Assembly (NCBI GenBank): GCA_963677495.2
Contig: CAXXOU010000004.1
Location: 352,001-416,000, forward strand
Origin: Candidatus Cloacimonadales bacterium
GTDB lineage: Bacteria; Cloacimonadota; Cloacimonadia; Cloacimonadales; JAFGVF01
DNA length: 64,000 nt
Reading direction: 5' to 3'
Shown: piece after piece, positions 1 through 8,085 of the stretch
Layout: every line of letters starts with the position of its first letter
Position numbering within the stretch: position 1 is the first letter of the stretch
Position numbers and translations under genes: made by a program
Notes under the pieces: generated by a model
What the model was told of the DNA's origin: nothing
The model's database searches: none
Seen by the model: only the letters and a program-made list of their open reading frames with translations

Positions 1-431
1 GCCTTTCCCTCTGATAAACCAAATCCACTGTAGTCATACATAAACACCTGATATCCTTTCCTTACAAATGGCAACATTAGTTGATACTGTGAAATCAGGC
101 ATCCTGCATTTCCATGAAAATGTATAAGAGTTATTCTATTGAAACCAGAAATAGGCTTAATCATCCAACCGTTTAGCATGTTTCCACTACTACTTTCAAA
201 CATAGTGCTTTCGATTAGGTAAGAATCGTTAGATATTTCAATTCCATTTTTATAGAAATAAGGTTGCTTATTATCTCCAATAAAGCTTACAGCAAGACTA
301 TCAATACCCTTAACGTATGATATTCCTTTTGCATTACTATCTATCTTTGTTGGCCGTAAAAACTTGCTATCTAAGCTACATCCGGTGATAATAAGTACAA
401 CAATGTATATCGGTAACAAACTTCTTTTCAT
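1..431 (-). CDS. Alpha/beta hydrolase lipoprotein (YfhR/BEM46-like), partial; runs off the window start
   Basis: Not in the ORF track. Manual translation from ATG at 431: MKRSLLPIYIVVLIITGC (lipobox) ... FHGNAG ... GYQVFIYDYSGFGLSEG. AGAGGA RBS upstream. Confidence 0.8.
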   Translation of the reverse strand, partial: MKRSLLPIYIVVLIITGCSLDSKFLRPTKIDSNAKGISYVKGIDSLAVSFIGDNKQPYFYKNGIEISNDSYLIESTMFESSSGNMLNGWMIKPISGFNRITLIHFHGNAGCLISQYQLMLPFVRKGYQVFMYDYSGFGLSEGK

Positions 432-752
432 TTAGATTCCTCTTACATGATGATTCATGATTGAAATAAATAGTTTAAGCATTAATCTGTAAAGAAGGTT
501 CTTTATCATTGCTACTTTTATTTCCAATCTCTTTTAAGATTTTATCTACCATTTCACTGACGAACTCCTGATTTGGAAATGTACAATCTATTTCCGCAGG
601 CAAACATTATTTTACCCATGAGGGCACGACCAACAGTCCGGATTGTTGTAGTTTCAGATTTAAAGGTCATGGTTAGTACGCTGAAGAAGTATAGCGTCAT
701 AAATTAAGTGCTTTAATGGAAATCTTTAATAAAAACCCAAATGAGCCTGCTG

Positions 753-910
753 CATCCCTTCCAGTCCCGTGACTAAGACAAGTTTTCCATAAATATTTAA
801 GTTATCCACATCATGTGGATAAATCGAGGCATTGCACGAGAGGGTCACGAGAGGGTCACCTGTGGATTACCTTTGAAACACCTTTTTTAGTCAGGAGACT
901 GGAAGGGATG
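753..910 (+). repeat. Element A: inverted repeats enclosing an inverted DnaA-box pair and an 11-bp-period array
   Basis: IR 753-776 / 887-910 (22/24 match); TTATCCACA 802-810, TGTGGATAA 814-822; units CACGAGAGGGT x2, CACCTGTGGAT from 835. Confidence 0.85.
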
Positions 911-997
911 AAGAAGGGCAGATTTGGGGGAAATTTATTGCTGGGCTCATTGCGACCGGATGGGAGTTTGAGCAATAGCGAAATTTGGCAATACTCT

Positions 998-1148
998 ACC
1001 TTTTGCATGGTCCTTAGACCTTCGAAATGGTGCATTTGCAATGTGAAGTTTACTCCTTCGGGATTCACCATTTGCAAGGTTTACAACCATTCCAAAGGTG
1101 AGAGTTTGTGATCTACCTTTCGAATGGTCATCAGGTCTTCAAAATGGT
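998..1148. repeat. Cluster of three REP-like 33-34 bp units in alternating orientation
   Basis: 998-1031, 1067-1099 (reverse) and 1115-1148 resemble ACCTTTGGAATGGTCGAAGACCTTGCAAATGGT, which recurs at 62762-62930. Confidence 0.8.
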
Positions 1149-1195
1149 ACTCTTGTAATCTTAGGTTACAGTACAAGTCTGTAAGTTGATCCTAT

Positions 1196-1226
1196 AAAAA
1201 AAGCCCTTCCATAATCGGAAGGGCTT
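1196..1226 (-). terminator. Rho-independent terminator of the M16 peptidase operon
   Basis: AAGCCCTTCC-N6-GGAAGGGCTT hairpin followed by a T-run on the minus strand. Confidence 0.8.
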
Positions 1227-1242
1227 CAATCTTTATTTCTGA

Positions 1243-3330
1243 TTATTCAATACTGAAGATAGAATCATCTACATCTGGGTTCCACTGAATATCAGTGATT
1301 GTTGTTTTACCAACGAGGGTTCCATCTTCCATATATGACTCATCTTTAGTTTGGATTGTACCTGTTTTAGTAGTCTGAAGCTCAAGGAAGAGAGTATAAA
1401 TAACTGTTTGATCTTGCTTAGATATTCTACCTTTAAGCTCATTATTTTCATCAAGAAGTAACCAGTAGTCGGTTTCTTCTCTTCTAAGTCCAAGAGTTTT
1501 ATATGTAACACCATTGTAAACAGTATCTTCATCAAGATAAGGCGTATATTGGTCTCTGTATTTAGAAATCCAAAGAAGGTTCTGATAACTTTGTTTGAAG
1601 CTATCTTTAACCATAGAATCTTGCATTGGCATAGATTGGCCTGCAAGCTTTTGAACGCCTTTCTTACCATTAAATACCATATCAATCTTCATGCCTTGAG
1701 CTTCGATTGTACGTACTACTTTATCAGGATACTTTGTGACAACTGTATAGTCCATGGCAATCTCTTGTCCTTGAGCATACTGAGTTGATTTACCGGAAGT
1801 TCTAACAGTATTAACTTCTCTTGCATCGCCCATCTTCGTAAGTACATCAGCAAAGACAGTTGCACCTTGTGCAAGCATCTCATCAGTAACTTCTTTAAGT
1901 TTGTTACTTGGCTCCGGAATTGTAATATCGAGAGTGTTTACTTCACCATACTTTGAAAGAGGTGCGTCAAAACCTGTTTGGTCACCTAGAACAACCATTA
2001 TGAACTTGTCAGGGTGTAGGTACTGTTTTGCAACACGTTCAACGTCCTCTTTAGTAACTTTCTGAACACCTTCTTTAATCTTCTGCATGAAGTCAGTTGG
2101 GTAACCGAATAGGTCAAGTGTACGCATTGAGTTAACAATAGATTTCTTCTTAGCATATTTGAAAACATAAGAGTTAAGGAAACTTTCCTTTGCCTGATTA
2201 AGTTCTTCATCAGTAACAGGAATCGTTTTCATGCCTTCAATTTCAGCAATAAGCGCATCGATTGCTTCAGTTGTTTTCTCAGATTTAGTCTGAGACATAA
2301 CGTAAAAGACACCCGGAATCTCATAGTTAGTACTATAATATGCAGCAGGAGAGTAGGCAAGTCCCTTCTCGGTTCTTACACTTTTAAACACACGGCTACT
2401 AAAGCCTCCACCAAGAATTTGATTCATAACAATCATTGGGAAGTAGTCAGGGTGATCTTTAGTGAACTCTGTCATGTGCCCTAGAAGAATCCAAGATTGA
2501 GTTGCATCAGGTCTATCAATGTAGTTAACAGATGGATTCATCACAACAGGTACTTCATCTAAATCTAAGAAAGAACCTTGATCCATAGGAGTCCATTTTT
2601 CGAAATGCTCTCTCATCTTTGCAATCATCTCAGCAGTATCGAAGTCACCAACAATACTAACAGAGATTCTTGAAGGATGGATTACAACGCTATGGAAGCG
2701 AAGAAGGTCGATTCTTTCTATGTTGTTAACGTTATCATACTCGATTGTTCTGGCATAAGGACTATCAGCTCCATAGATTAACTTCTGATACTCACGGAAC
2801 ACTACTTCCTGGTCAGAGTCATTACGTCTGGCAATTCCTTCTTTAATCTGCATCTTGACTATGTCTAATTGTTCTTCGTCGAAGGCAGGCATCAAAAGAT
2901 TATCTCTTAAAATATCAAGAGCTAAATCCTCAGTCTCTTTGAGATAACTGATACTGTAATTACCGGTTCTTGCAGAGAAATCTGAATAGAACTGGATTGC
3001 GTTAAGATCAAGTAGCTGCTTTAATTCACTTGCAGGGTAATCTTTAGAACCACCCACAGTGAGCATGTTACCGATAATGTCAGATACACCATGTTTTGTA
3101 TATTCTTCATAAACAGCACCGCCATCAAACATCATGTCGATGTTTACAACAGGGAAAGACTTGTCTTCGCAGAGGAAGAGTTTCATACCATTATCTAATA
3201 CAACTTCTTCAACTTTAGGCATCTCGAAATTGCGTAATGGAGGGAACTTCATATCTTTAACGTTTTTGTTTGTAGCACAACCGGCTAAAAGGAGTAAGCC
3301 AACGATAAGTAATAGTATTGCTTTTTTCAT
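1243..3330 (-). CDS. M16B peptidase-like non-catalytic subunit; lipoprotein with an extra C-terminal domain
   Basis: Lipobox LLAGC; M16 motifs LDNGMKL and ILGGGFSSRVF..VR.EKGLAYS; no HxxEH; about 220-aa C-terminal extension. Confidence 0.85.
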   Translation of the reverse strand: MKKAILLLIVGLLLLAGCATNKNVKDMKFPPLRNFEMPKVEEVVLDNGMKLFLCEDKSFPVVNIDMMFDGGAVYEEYTKHGVSDIIGNMLTVGGSKDYPASELKQLLDLNAIQFYSDFSARTGNYSISYLKETEDLALDILRDNLLMPAFDEEQLDIVKMQIKEGIARRNDSDQEVVFREYQKLIYGADSPYARTIEYDNVNNIERIDLLRFHSVVIHPSRISVSIVGDFDTAEMIAKMREHFEKWTPMDQGSFLDLDEVPVVMNPSVNYIDRPDATQSWILLGHMTEFTKDHPDYFPMIVMNQILGGGFSSRVFKSVRTEKGLAYSPAAYYSTNYEIPGVFYVMSQTKSEKTTEAIDALIAEIEGMKTIPVTDEELNQAKESFLNSYVFKYAKKKSIVNSMRTLDLFGYPTDFMQKIKEGVQKVTKEDVERVAKQYLHPDKFIMVVLGDQTGFDAPLSKYGEVNTLDITIPEPSNKLKEVTDEMLAQGATVFADVLTKMGDAREVNTVRTSGKSTQYAQGQEIAMDYTVVTKYPDKVVRTIEAQGMKIDMVFNGKKGVQKLAGQSMPMQDSMVKDSFKQSYQNLLWISKYRDQYTPYLDEDTVYNGVTYKTLGLRREETDYWLLLDENNELKGRISKQDQTVIYTLFLELQTTKTGTIQTKDESYMEDGTLVGKTTITDIQWNPDVDDSIFSIE

Positions 3331-4818
3331 CTATTCTCCCTTCGGCATGAGTTTGCCAATAGTTCTATTTGTATTCACAAGATATTTGCTTGCAGCACGT
3401 TGAATATCTTCTTTAGTAAGTTGCTCTATCTCCTCAAGTGAAGAGAAAAGCTTTTCATAGCCATTGTTGTAAGCTTCAGAACGAGCTAAAAGGATAGGGA
3501 GGTATTGTCCACTATCAAGCTGCATAAGATATTGGCGTAACGCCCCCATCTTGTATGCTGTGAACTCTTCATCGGTGATGCCATCAGCGATAAACTTAGC
3601 AATCTCTTCATCGATTGCAGTCAGGTTATCATCAAAAGTAGAACTCTGAGCAGGAATTGCACCTACTAAGAAAAGGTTTGGGTAAAGAATCCCGGGATAG
3701 CCGTTGAAACTGAAGCCATACATAGCAGTTTTATCCTGCTCTACTAATCTTGTATATAATCTTGATGTCTGTTTTTGACCAAGAATAGAAGCTAAAGCAG
3801 TAATTGCTTGATTATCTTCATGAGTCTCTTCAGGGATATGATAACCAATCATTAAGAAAGGTTGAGATTTTTCCTCTAATACAAACTCTTTCTCTTCAGT
3901 TTGCTCAGGCTCGACTACAGGCCATTTAGGGGCTTTAGTTCCCGCAGGGATCTGTGTGAAATACTCTTCAGCAAGTTTTTTGACTTCCTCAGGATAGATG
4001 TCACCGGAGATAGCAAATACTAAATTGCTTGCTCCATAGTATTTTTCGAAGAATGCTTTTACATCACCTCTAGTCATCTCTTCAATGTCTTTTGCCCAAC
4101 CGATAACCGGTGTGTTATAAGGGTGTTTGGTGAATGCATTTCCGGCAAGCTCAGCCATAAGTTTGCTACTTGGGTTATTTTCGAGAGTCATGCGTCTCTC
4201 TTCAAGAATAACTTTGCGTTCTCTGTAAAACTCTCTGAAAACAGGATTAGTGAATCTATCTGATTCCATAGCCATCCAGAGTTCAAGTTTATTTGAAGGT
4301 ACACTTACTTGGTACATTGTGAAATCCTGACTTGTACCTGCATTGAGTCTTGAACCACCACGGTTTTCAAGAATAGTTGTGAACTCATTCTGTACAACAT
4401 ATTCAGATGCGGCATCTACAAGTGCATCAAGTTCGGCTTGTAAGGCATCAAGTTTTGCCTGATCTGCTGCTTCACCTTTAGCTTTCTCAGCGAGAATTTC
4501 ATCGAACTTAGCATCGGCTTTATCCATGATCTTCTTCTCTTTCTTGTAATTGGTTGTACCAATTGTTTCTGTGCCTTTGAAAGCAAGGTGCTCTAGGAAA
4601 TGAGCCATGCCTGTGTTGCCCTTATCTTCATTAACAGCACCTACACGTGCCAAAGTTATACAATGTGCAATTGGAACTTCGTGGTTCTCAAGCACTAGTA
4701 CAGTTGCTCCGTTAGGAAGAGTGAACTTCGTAACATTATCCACCATCTGCTCATAGTTACCGGCAAACAGGGATGTGAGCAATAAAGTAAATACCAATAC
4801 GATTAATACTTTACGCAT
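3331..4818 (-). CDS. M16B zinc peptidase, catalytic subunit (pitrilysin family)
   Basis: Signal peptide; GMAHFLEHLAFKGT (HxxEH); NAGTSQD; ERKVILEERR; GGAGG RBS. Confidence 0.92.
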   Translation of the reverse strand: MRKVLIVLVFTLLLTSLFAGNYEQMVDNVTKFTLPNGATVLVLENHEVPIAHCITLARVGAVNEDKGNTGMAHFLEHLAFKGTETIGTTNYKKEKKIMDKADAKFDEILAEKAKGEAADQAKLDALQAELDALVDAASEYVVQNEFTTILENRGGSRLNAGTSQDFTMYQVSVPSNKLELWMAMESDRFTNPVFREFYRERKVILEERRMTLENNPSSKLMAELAGNAFTKHPYNTPVIGWAKDIEEMTRGDVKAFFEKYYGASNLVFAISGDIYPEEVKKLAEEYFTQIPAGTKAPKWPVVEPEQTEEKEFVLEEKSQPFLMIGYHIPEETHEDNQAITALASILGQKQTSRLYTRLVEQDKTAMYGFSFNGYPGILYPNLFLVGAIPAQSSTFDDNLTAIDEEIAKFIADGITDEEFTAYKMGALRQYLMQLDSGQYLPILLARSEAYNNGYEKLFSSLEEIEQLTKEDIQRAASKYLVNTNRTIGKLMPKGE

Positions 4819-4967
4819 TTATCCTCCATCTCATTTATTTTCATTTCAGTCATCAAAATTAACATTGCCTTTAACGCAATAAAAAAAACGGGTTCGCCCC
4901 GTATTTACATTAATAATAAGCGAAAGGGGAGAGGTTACAGATTATATGTAATAGCTTGCCGCAATTA

Positions 4968-5005
4968 TGGAGTGCATCAACTATGTAGATGCATCTTGTC
5001 ACGTA
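4968..5005. repeat. Short palindromic repeat TGGAGTGCATC.ACT..GTAGATGC.TCTTGTCACGTA, copy 1
   Basis: Near-identical to 55052-55089; partial copy at 55595-55618. Confidence 0.75.
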
Positions 5006-5128
5006 TCTAATCTTTGCTATTTTTCGCTATTGTCAATGGCAGTGAGAAATGGTACACGATGGCAGTGAAAAGTGGTACAAAACTGCCAACCTTTAAAAAT
5101 GACTACTTCAAGACAGTTTGGAGTAGGT

Positions 5129-6604
5129 ATGATTGGAGTAGAAGTGTATCATTCAATAAAAACTATGCATAAGCAAGGGCATAGTCAGCGTAAGATCGCA
5201 GAGGAGTTGTCTCTATCAAAGACAACAGTAGGTAAATACATAAATATGACACTTGATGAGTTCATGGAACTAATAAACAATAGCATTCGTGAAAGCAGTT
5301 TTGCCATATGTGAGCAATATGTCCGCGAAAGGCTTAGCAAATATCCACGATTAAGAGCTAGTGTACTATATTTAGAAGTTAAGAAAAAGTTCCCTGAGAT
5401 AAAAGCAAAAGACAGAGCTTTCCGAGATTTTGTTCGTAAGCTAAAGCAGACTTATCCTGTCGATAAATACCGTAATTATGCAGTAATCGAGACGGCTCCC
5501 GGTGTTCAGGTTCAAGTTGATCCAGGTGAGATGAAAGTAGTTTTGGGTAATAAACGTCAAAGAGTTTATTTTATAGTTTTTGTGCTTTCCCACTCGCGTC
5601 AAAGCTATGTCCATTGGAGCACAACACCATATAACACATCAAGGTTTATTGAAGCTCATCGTGAAGCTTTTATCTATTTTGAAGGTATCCCTTCAGAGTG
5701 TGTTTACGACCAGACAAAGCTTGTAGTAATACAGGAACGCTATCGGGAAGTAATCTTAAATAATCAGTTCCATCAGTTTGCAGCAAAAACGGGCTTTCAT
5801 CCTCATGTATGCGAAGGCTATGATCCACAAAGCAAGGGTAAAGTAGAGCGTAATGTCTCAGAAGTAAAGCATGGCTTTATGTATGGCAAAGAGTTCAAAG
5901 ACCTGGCAGACCTGCGTTCACGCGGACTTGAGTGGCTTTTACACTTTAACGGCAGAACCCATGGCACAACCCGTAAAGTACCATCAGAAGTATGGCAAGA
6001 AGAGAGGTTAAAGCTAAAAGATATTCCAGAGTTTATCTTCACTTTAGAAGTTCGTAATGCAGATAAAACAGGCTTAATCTCGTATGAGGGTAATAAGTAC
6101 TCTGTTCCATTAGAGTATCAGCGAAAACAGGTATATGTGCAAAAAGAAAAGAGCACTTTAGTGGTGATGGATATTTATACAAGAAAGGAAATCTGCCAAC
6201 ATGAGCTATGCACAGAAAAAGGCAAAATCATCAAAAACACTAATCATTATCGGGATTTTACGGTAGTGCTACAAGAGCTTATTGAGCGAGTAAAGGATGA
6301 GATGAGTGAATATATCCAAGGAGAAGAACTAATCCAGAGGCTTGTTAATGATAACCCTAAAATAGCAAGGGATCAGTTGAGAGCCTTAAGCAAGTTTAAG
6401 CGTAACTATGAAACAGATGTATGGGAGTCAGTGCTTCCTGAGGTAATGACTCTTTCGCATGTAAAGGCAACAGCCATAGAGAAGCTTCTGAATGCAAAAG
6501 TAAGACAAATGAAGCTAAATGAATTATCAGAATCAGAACCACAACAAGACTCAGAGAGTTCATTAATAGAGCGCTCATTAGATGACTACATGAAGGTGTT
6601 ATAA
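5129..6604 (+). CDS. istA: IS21 transposase IstA
   Basis: N-terminal HTH; ETAPGVQVQVD, YDQTK, PQSKGKVER DDE motifs. Start moved to ATG 5129, which follows a GGAG RBS. Confidence 0.93.
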   Translation: MIGVEVYHSIKTMHKQGHSQRKIAEELSLSKTTVGKYINMTLDEFMELINNSIRESSFAICEQYVRERLSKYPRLRASVLYLEVKKKFPEIKAKDRAFRDFVRKLKQTYPVDKYRNYAVIETAPGVQVQVDPGEMKVVLGNKRQRVYFIVFVLSHSRQSYVHWSTTPYNTSRFIEAHREAFIYFEGIPSECVYDQTKLVVIQERYREVILNNQFHQFAAKTGFHPHVCEGYDPQSKGKVERNVSEVKHGFMYGKEFKDLADLRSRGLEWLLHFNGRTHGTTRKVPSEVWQEERLKLKDIPEFIFTLEVRNADKTGLISYEGNKYSVPLEYQRKQVYVQKEKSTLVVMDIYTRKEICQHELCTEKGKIIKNTNHYRDFTVVLQELIERVKDEMSEYIQGEELIQRLVNDNPKIARDQLRALSKFKRNYETDVWESVLPEVMTLSHVKATAIEKLLNAKVRQMKLNELSESEPQQDSESSLIERSLDDYMKVL

Positions 6605-6605
6605 G

Positions 6606-7337
6606 ATGATAGAGATAACTAAAACATACATCAAAAGGGCTCGTTGTACTCATATTTTGAATACTCTTGAAAGTGCAGTTTTAGAAGCAGAGAAACAGAA
6701 TATGACTTATCTGGAGTTCGTACATTATCTATTTGAAAAAGAGAACTCAGGAAGGAATCAAACCAATATCAACAGAAGACTTAAACAGGCTCACATCCCG
6801 ATAATAAAGACCTTTGATGAGTTCGACTATGCTTATCAACAAGTAATAACCAAAAGACAAGTAAAGGAGTGGAAGAACTTTGTCTGGCTGGAGCAGAGGA
6901 GGAATATAATTTTAATGGGACCTCCGGGAGTAGGTAAGACTCATGTTGCAACAGCACTCAGTTATGAAGCAATAAAGGCAGGCTATAAGGTGGTGTTTTA
7001 TAATCTGAACAACCTTATCGAAGAACTTGTACTAGCTGAAGCAGATAACAACATAGATAAATATCTAAGCAATATAGCCAAGAATGATCTGATAGTTATA
7101 GATGAGATGGGGTATCTTCCTCTCCAGACAAAGGCAGCTAATCTGTTCTTTAGACTCATCCATCTCTTATACGAATTTAGATCAGTAATCATAACATCGA
7201 ATAGGTTGTTTAATGAATGGGGAGCTATTTTTAACGACAATGTGATAGCAACTGCTATTCTTGATAGATTACTCCATCACTCACAACCAATTACAATGCT
7301 CGGAGATAGCTTTAGACTAAGGAATTTTCAAAAATGA
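6606..7337 (+). CDS. istB: IS21 helper ATPase IstB
   Basis: Walker A GPPGVGKT; Walker B LIVIDEMGY; ITSN; AILDRLLHH. Confidence 0.95.
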   Translation: MIEITKTYIKRARCTHILNTLESAVLEAEKQNMTYLEFVHYLFEKENSGRNQTNINRRLKQAHIPIIKTFDEFDYAYQQVITKRQVKEWKNFVWLEQRRNIILMGPPGVGKTHVATALSYEAIKAGYKVVFYNLNNLIEELVLAEADNNIDKYLSNIAKNDLIVIDEMGYLPLQTKAANLFFRLIHLLYEFRSVIITSNRLFNEWGAIFNDNVIATAILDRLLHHSQPITMLGDSFRLRNFQK

Positions 7338-7390
7338 AGACTGTACCATTTTTAAATGCCAAACTGTACCAATTTAAAATGCCATTGACA

Positions 7391-7623
7391 CGCTATTCAC
7401 CATCTCCCTTCGGTAGCTATTGCGACAGCTTTAGAATAGCATACACAGTGAGTTTTGCAACAACTTAGCTATACTTGCTGCCCTTTTTACTCCCTTTTAC
7501 TGTTCTATCCGCCCACGCACTGCGTACGCACTGTGTACCCACTGTGAAGGCACTGCCAACCCACTGTTTCACTGGGTGCACAGTGCGTGCACAGTGGGAA
7601 AACAGTGGGATGACTACGTTTTG
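7391..7623 (+). repeat. CACTG-array element copy 1 (left remnant at 5011-5030, split by IS21)
   Basis: CACTG at 7518/7529/7540/7551/7562 and CAGTG at 7581/7592/7603; homologous to 46919-47240 (reverse) and 55267-55589. Confidence 0.9.
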
Positions 7624-7760
7624 GTGGATAATGAAAAGGAAGTGTTAAGAAAAAGTGATGAATGTATAAAATGAAAAATGTAAGGTTCACACTTACTGAG
7701 ATGATAGTGCTGATTAGAATGGAATTTTTCGAACTCTCTTGATTTGAATATTTACTATAT

Positions 7761-7910
7761 GCAACCCCAACGATGTTGAAATTGTTATGTACCCCGATCA
7801 CTCCTGATCGGAATAGTTAGTATATTCAGCCACGATTGGGGTGGATTTGTTTGATTAGGATATTTAACCATGCATTTCATGGCTACTCACATTTTATCCC
7901 GTTGGGATAA
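7761..7910. repeat. Degenerate palindromic REP-like cluster
   Basis: CCGATCACTCCTGATCGG hairpin near 7794-7811 resembles 62720-62743; AACCCCAACG..TTGGGGT and TTATCCCGTTGGGATAA palindromes. Confidence 0.5.
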
Positions 7911-7912
7911 GC

Positions 7913-7942
7913 AAACAGGACAGCAAAAATGCTGTCCTGTTT
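7913..7942. terminator. Terminator-like hairpin downstream of the acyl-CoA dehydrogenase
   Basis: AAACAGGACAGCA-N4-TGCTGTCCTGTTT. Confidence 0.75.
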
Positions 7943-7987
7943 TAATATAATCTCTCACCTCAGAGATTACTAAATATATAGTTACTA

Positions 7988-8026
7988 CTAATACTCTTTC
8001 AAAAGGTTAGTAGCCACAATCTGTCT
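7988..8026 (-). repeat. Orphan duplicate of the last 12 codons and stop of the acyl-CoA dehydrogenase gene
   Basis: Encodes RQIVATNLLKEY*, the same peptide as 8086-8124; 33/39 nt identical, all differences synonymous. Confidence 0.9.
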
Positions 8027-8085
8027 TTTTAAAAGACAGTTGCTTGCTATGCAAGCGAAGTAAACTACTACTTCTCTTAAATGAT

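Larger units (their letters stand above)
5031..7390 (+). mobile_element. IS21-family insertion sequence, 2360 bp, apparently intact
   Basis: Terminal IRs TGTCAATGGCA / TGCCATTGACA with internal TGGCA..TGGTACA repeats; 6-bp target duplication CGCTAT (5025-5030, 7391-7396); istA-istB pair. Confidence 0.95.

Noticed and set aside
815..1111. ORFs 815-1111 (+) and 856-1077 (-), and ORF 62727-62921
   Set aside because: They run across DnaA-box, 11-bp or REP repeats, lack an RBS and have no protein-like features.
7516..7612. Possible CRISPR-like array in the 11-bp repeats
   Set aside because: Units are contiguous 11-mers with no unique 25-45 bp spacers, and there are no cas genes in the window.
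7505..7801. ORFs 7505-7801, 46874-47077, 46910-47233, 55275-55502 and 55444-55668, some with similar Cys/His-rich peptides
   Set aside because: The similarity comes from the shared CACTG repeat; frames, starts and strands are not conserved between copies, and an 11-bp period does not fit a coding repeat.
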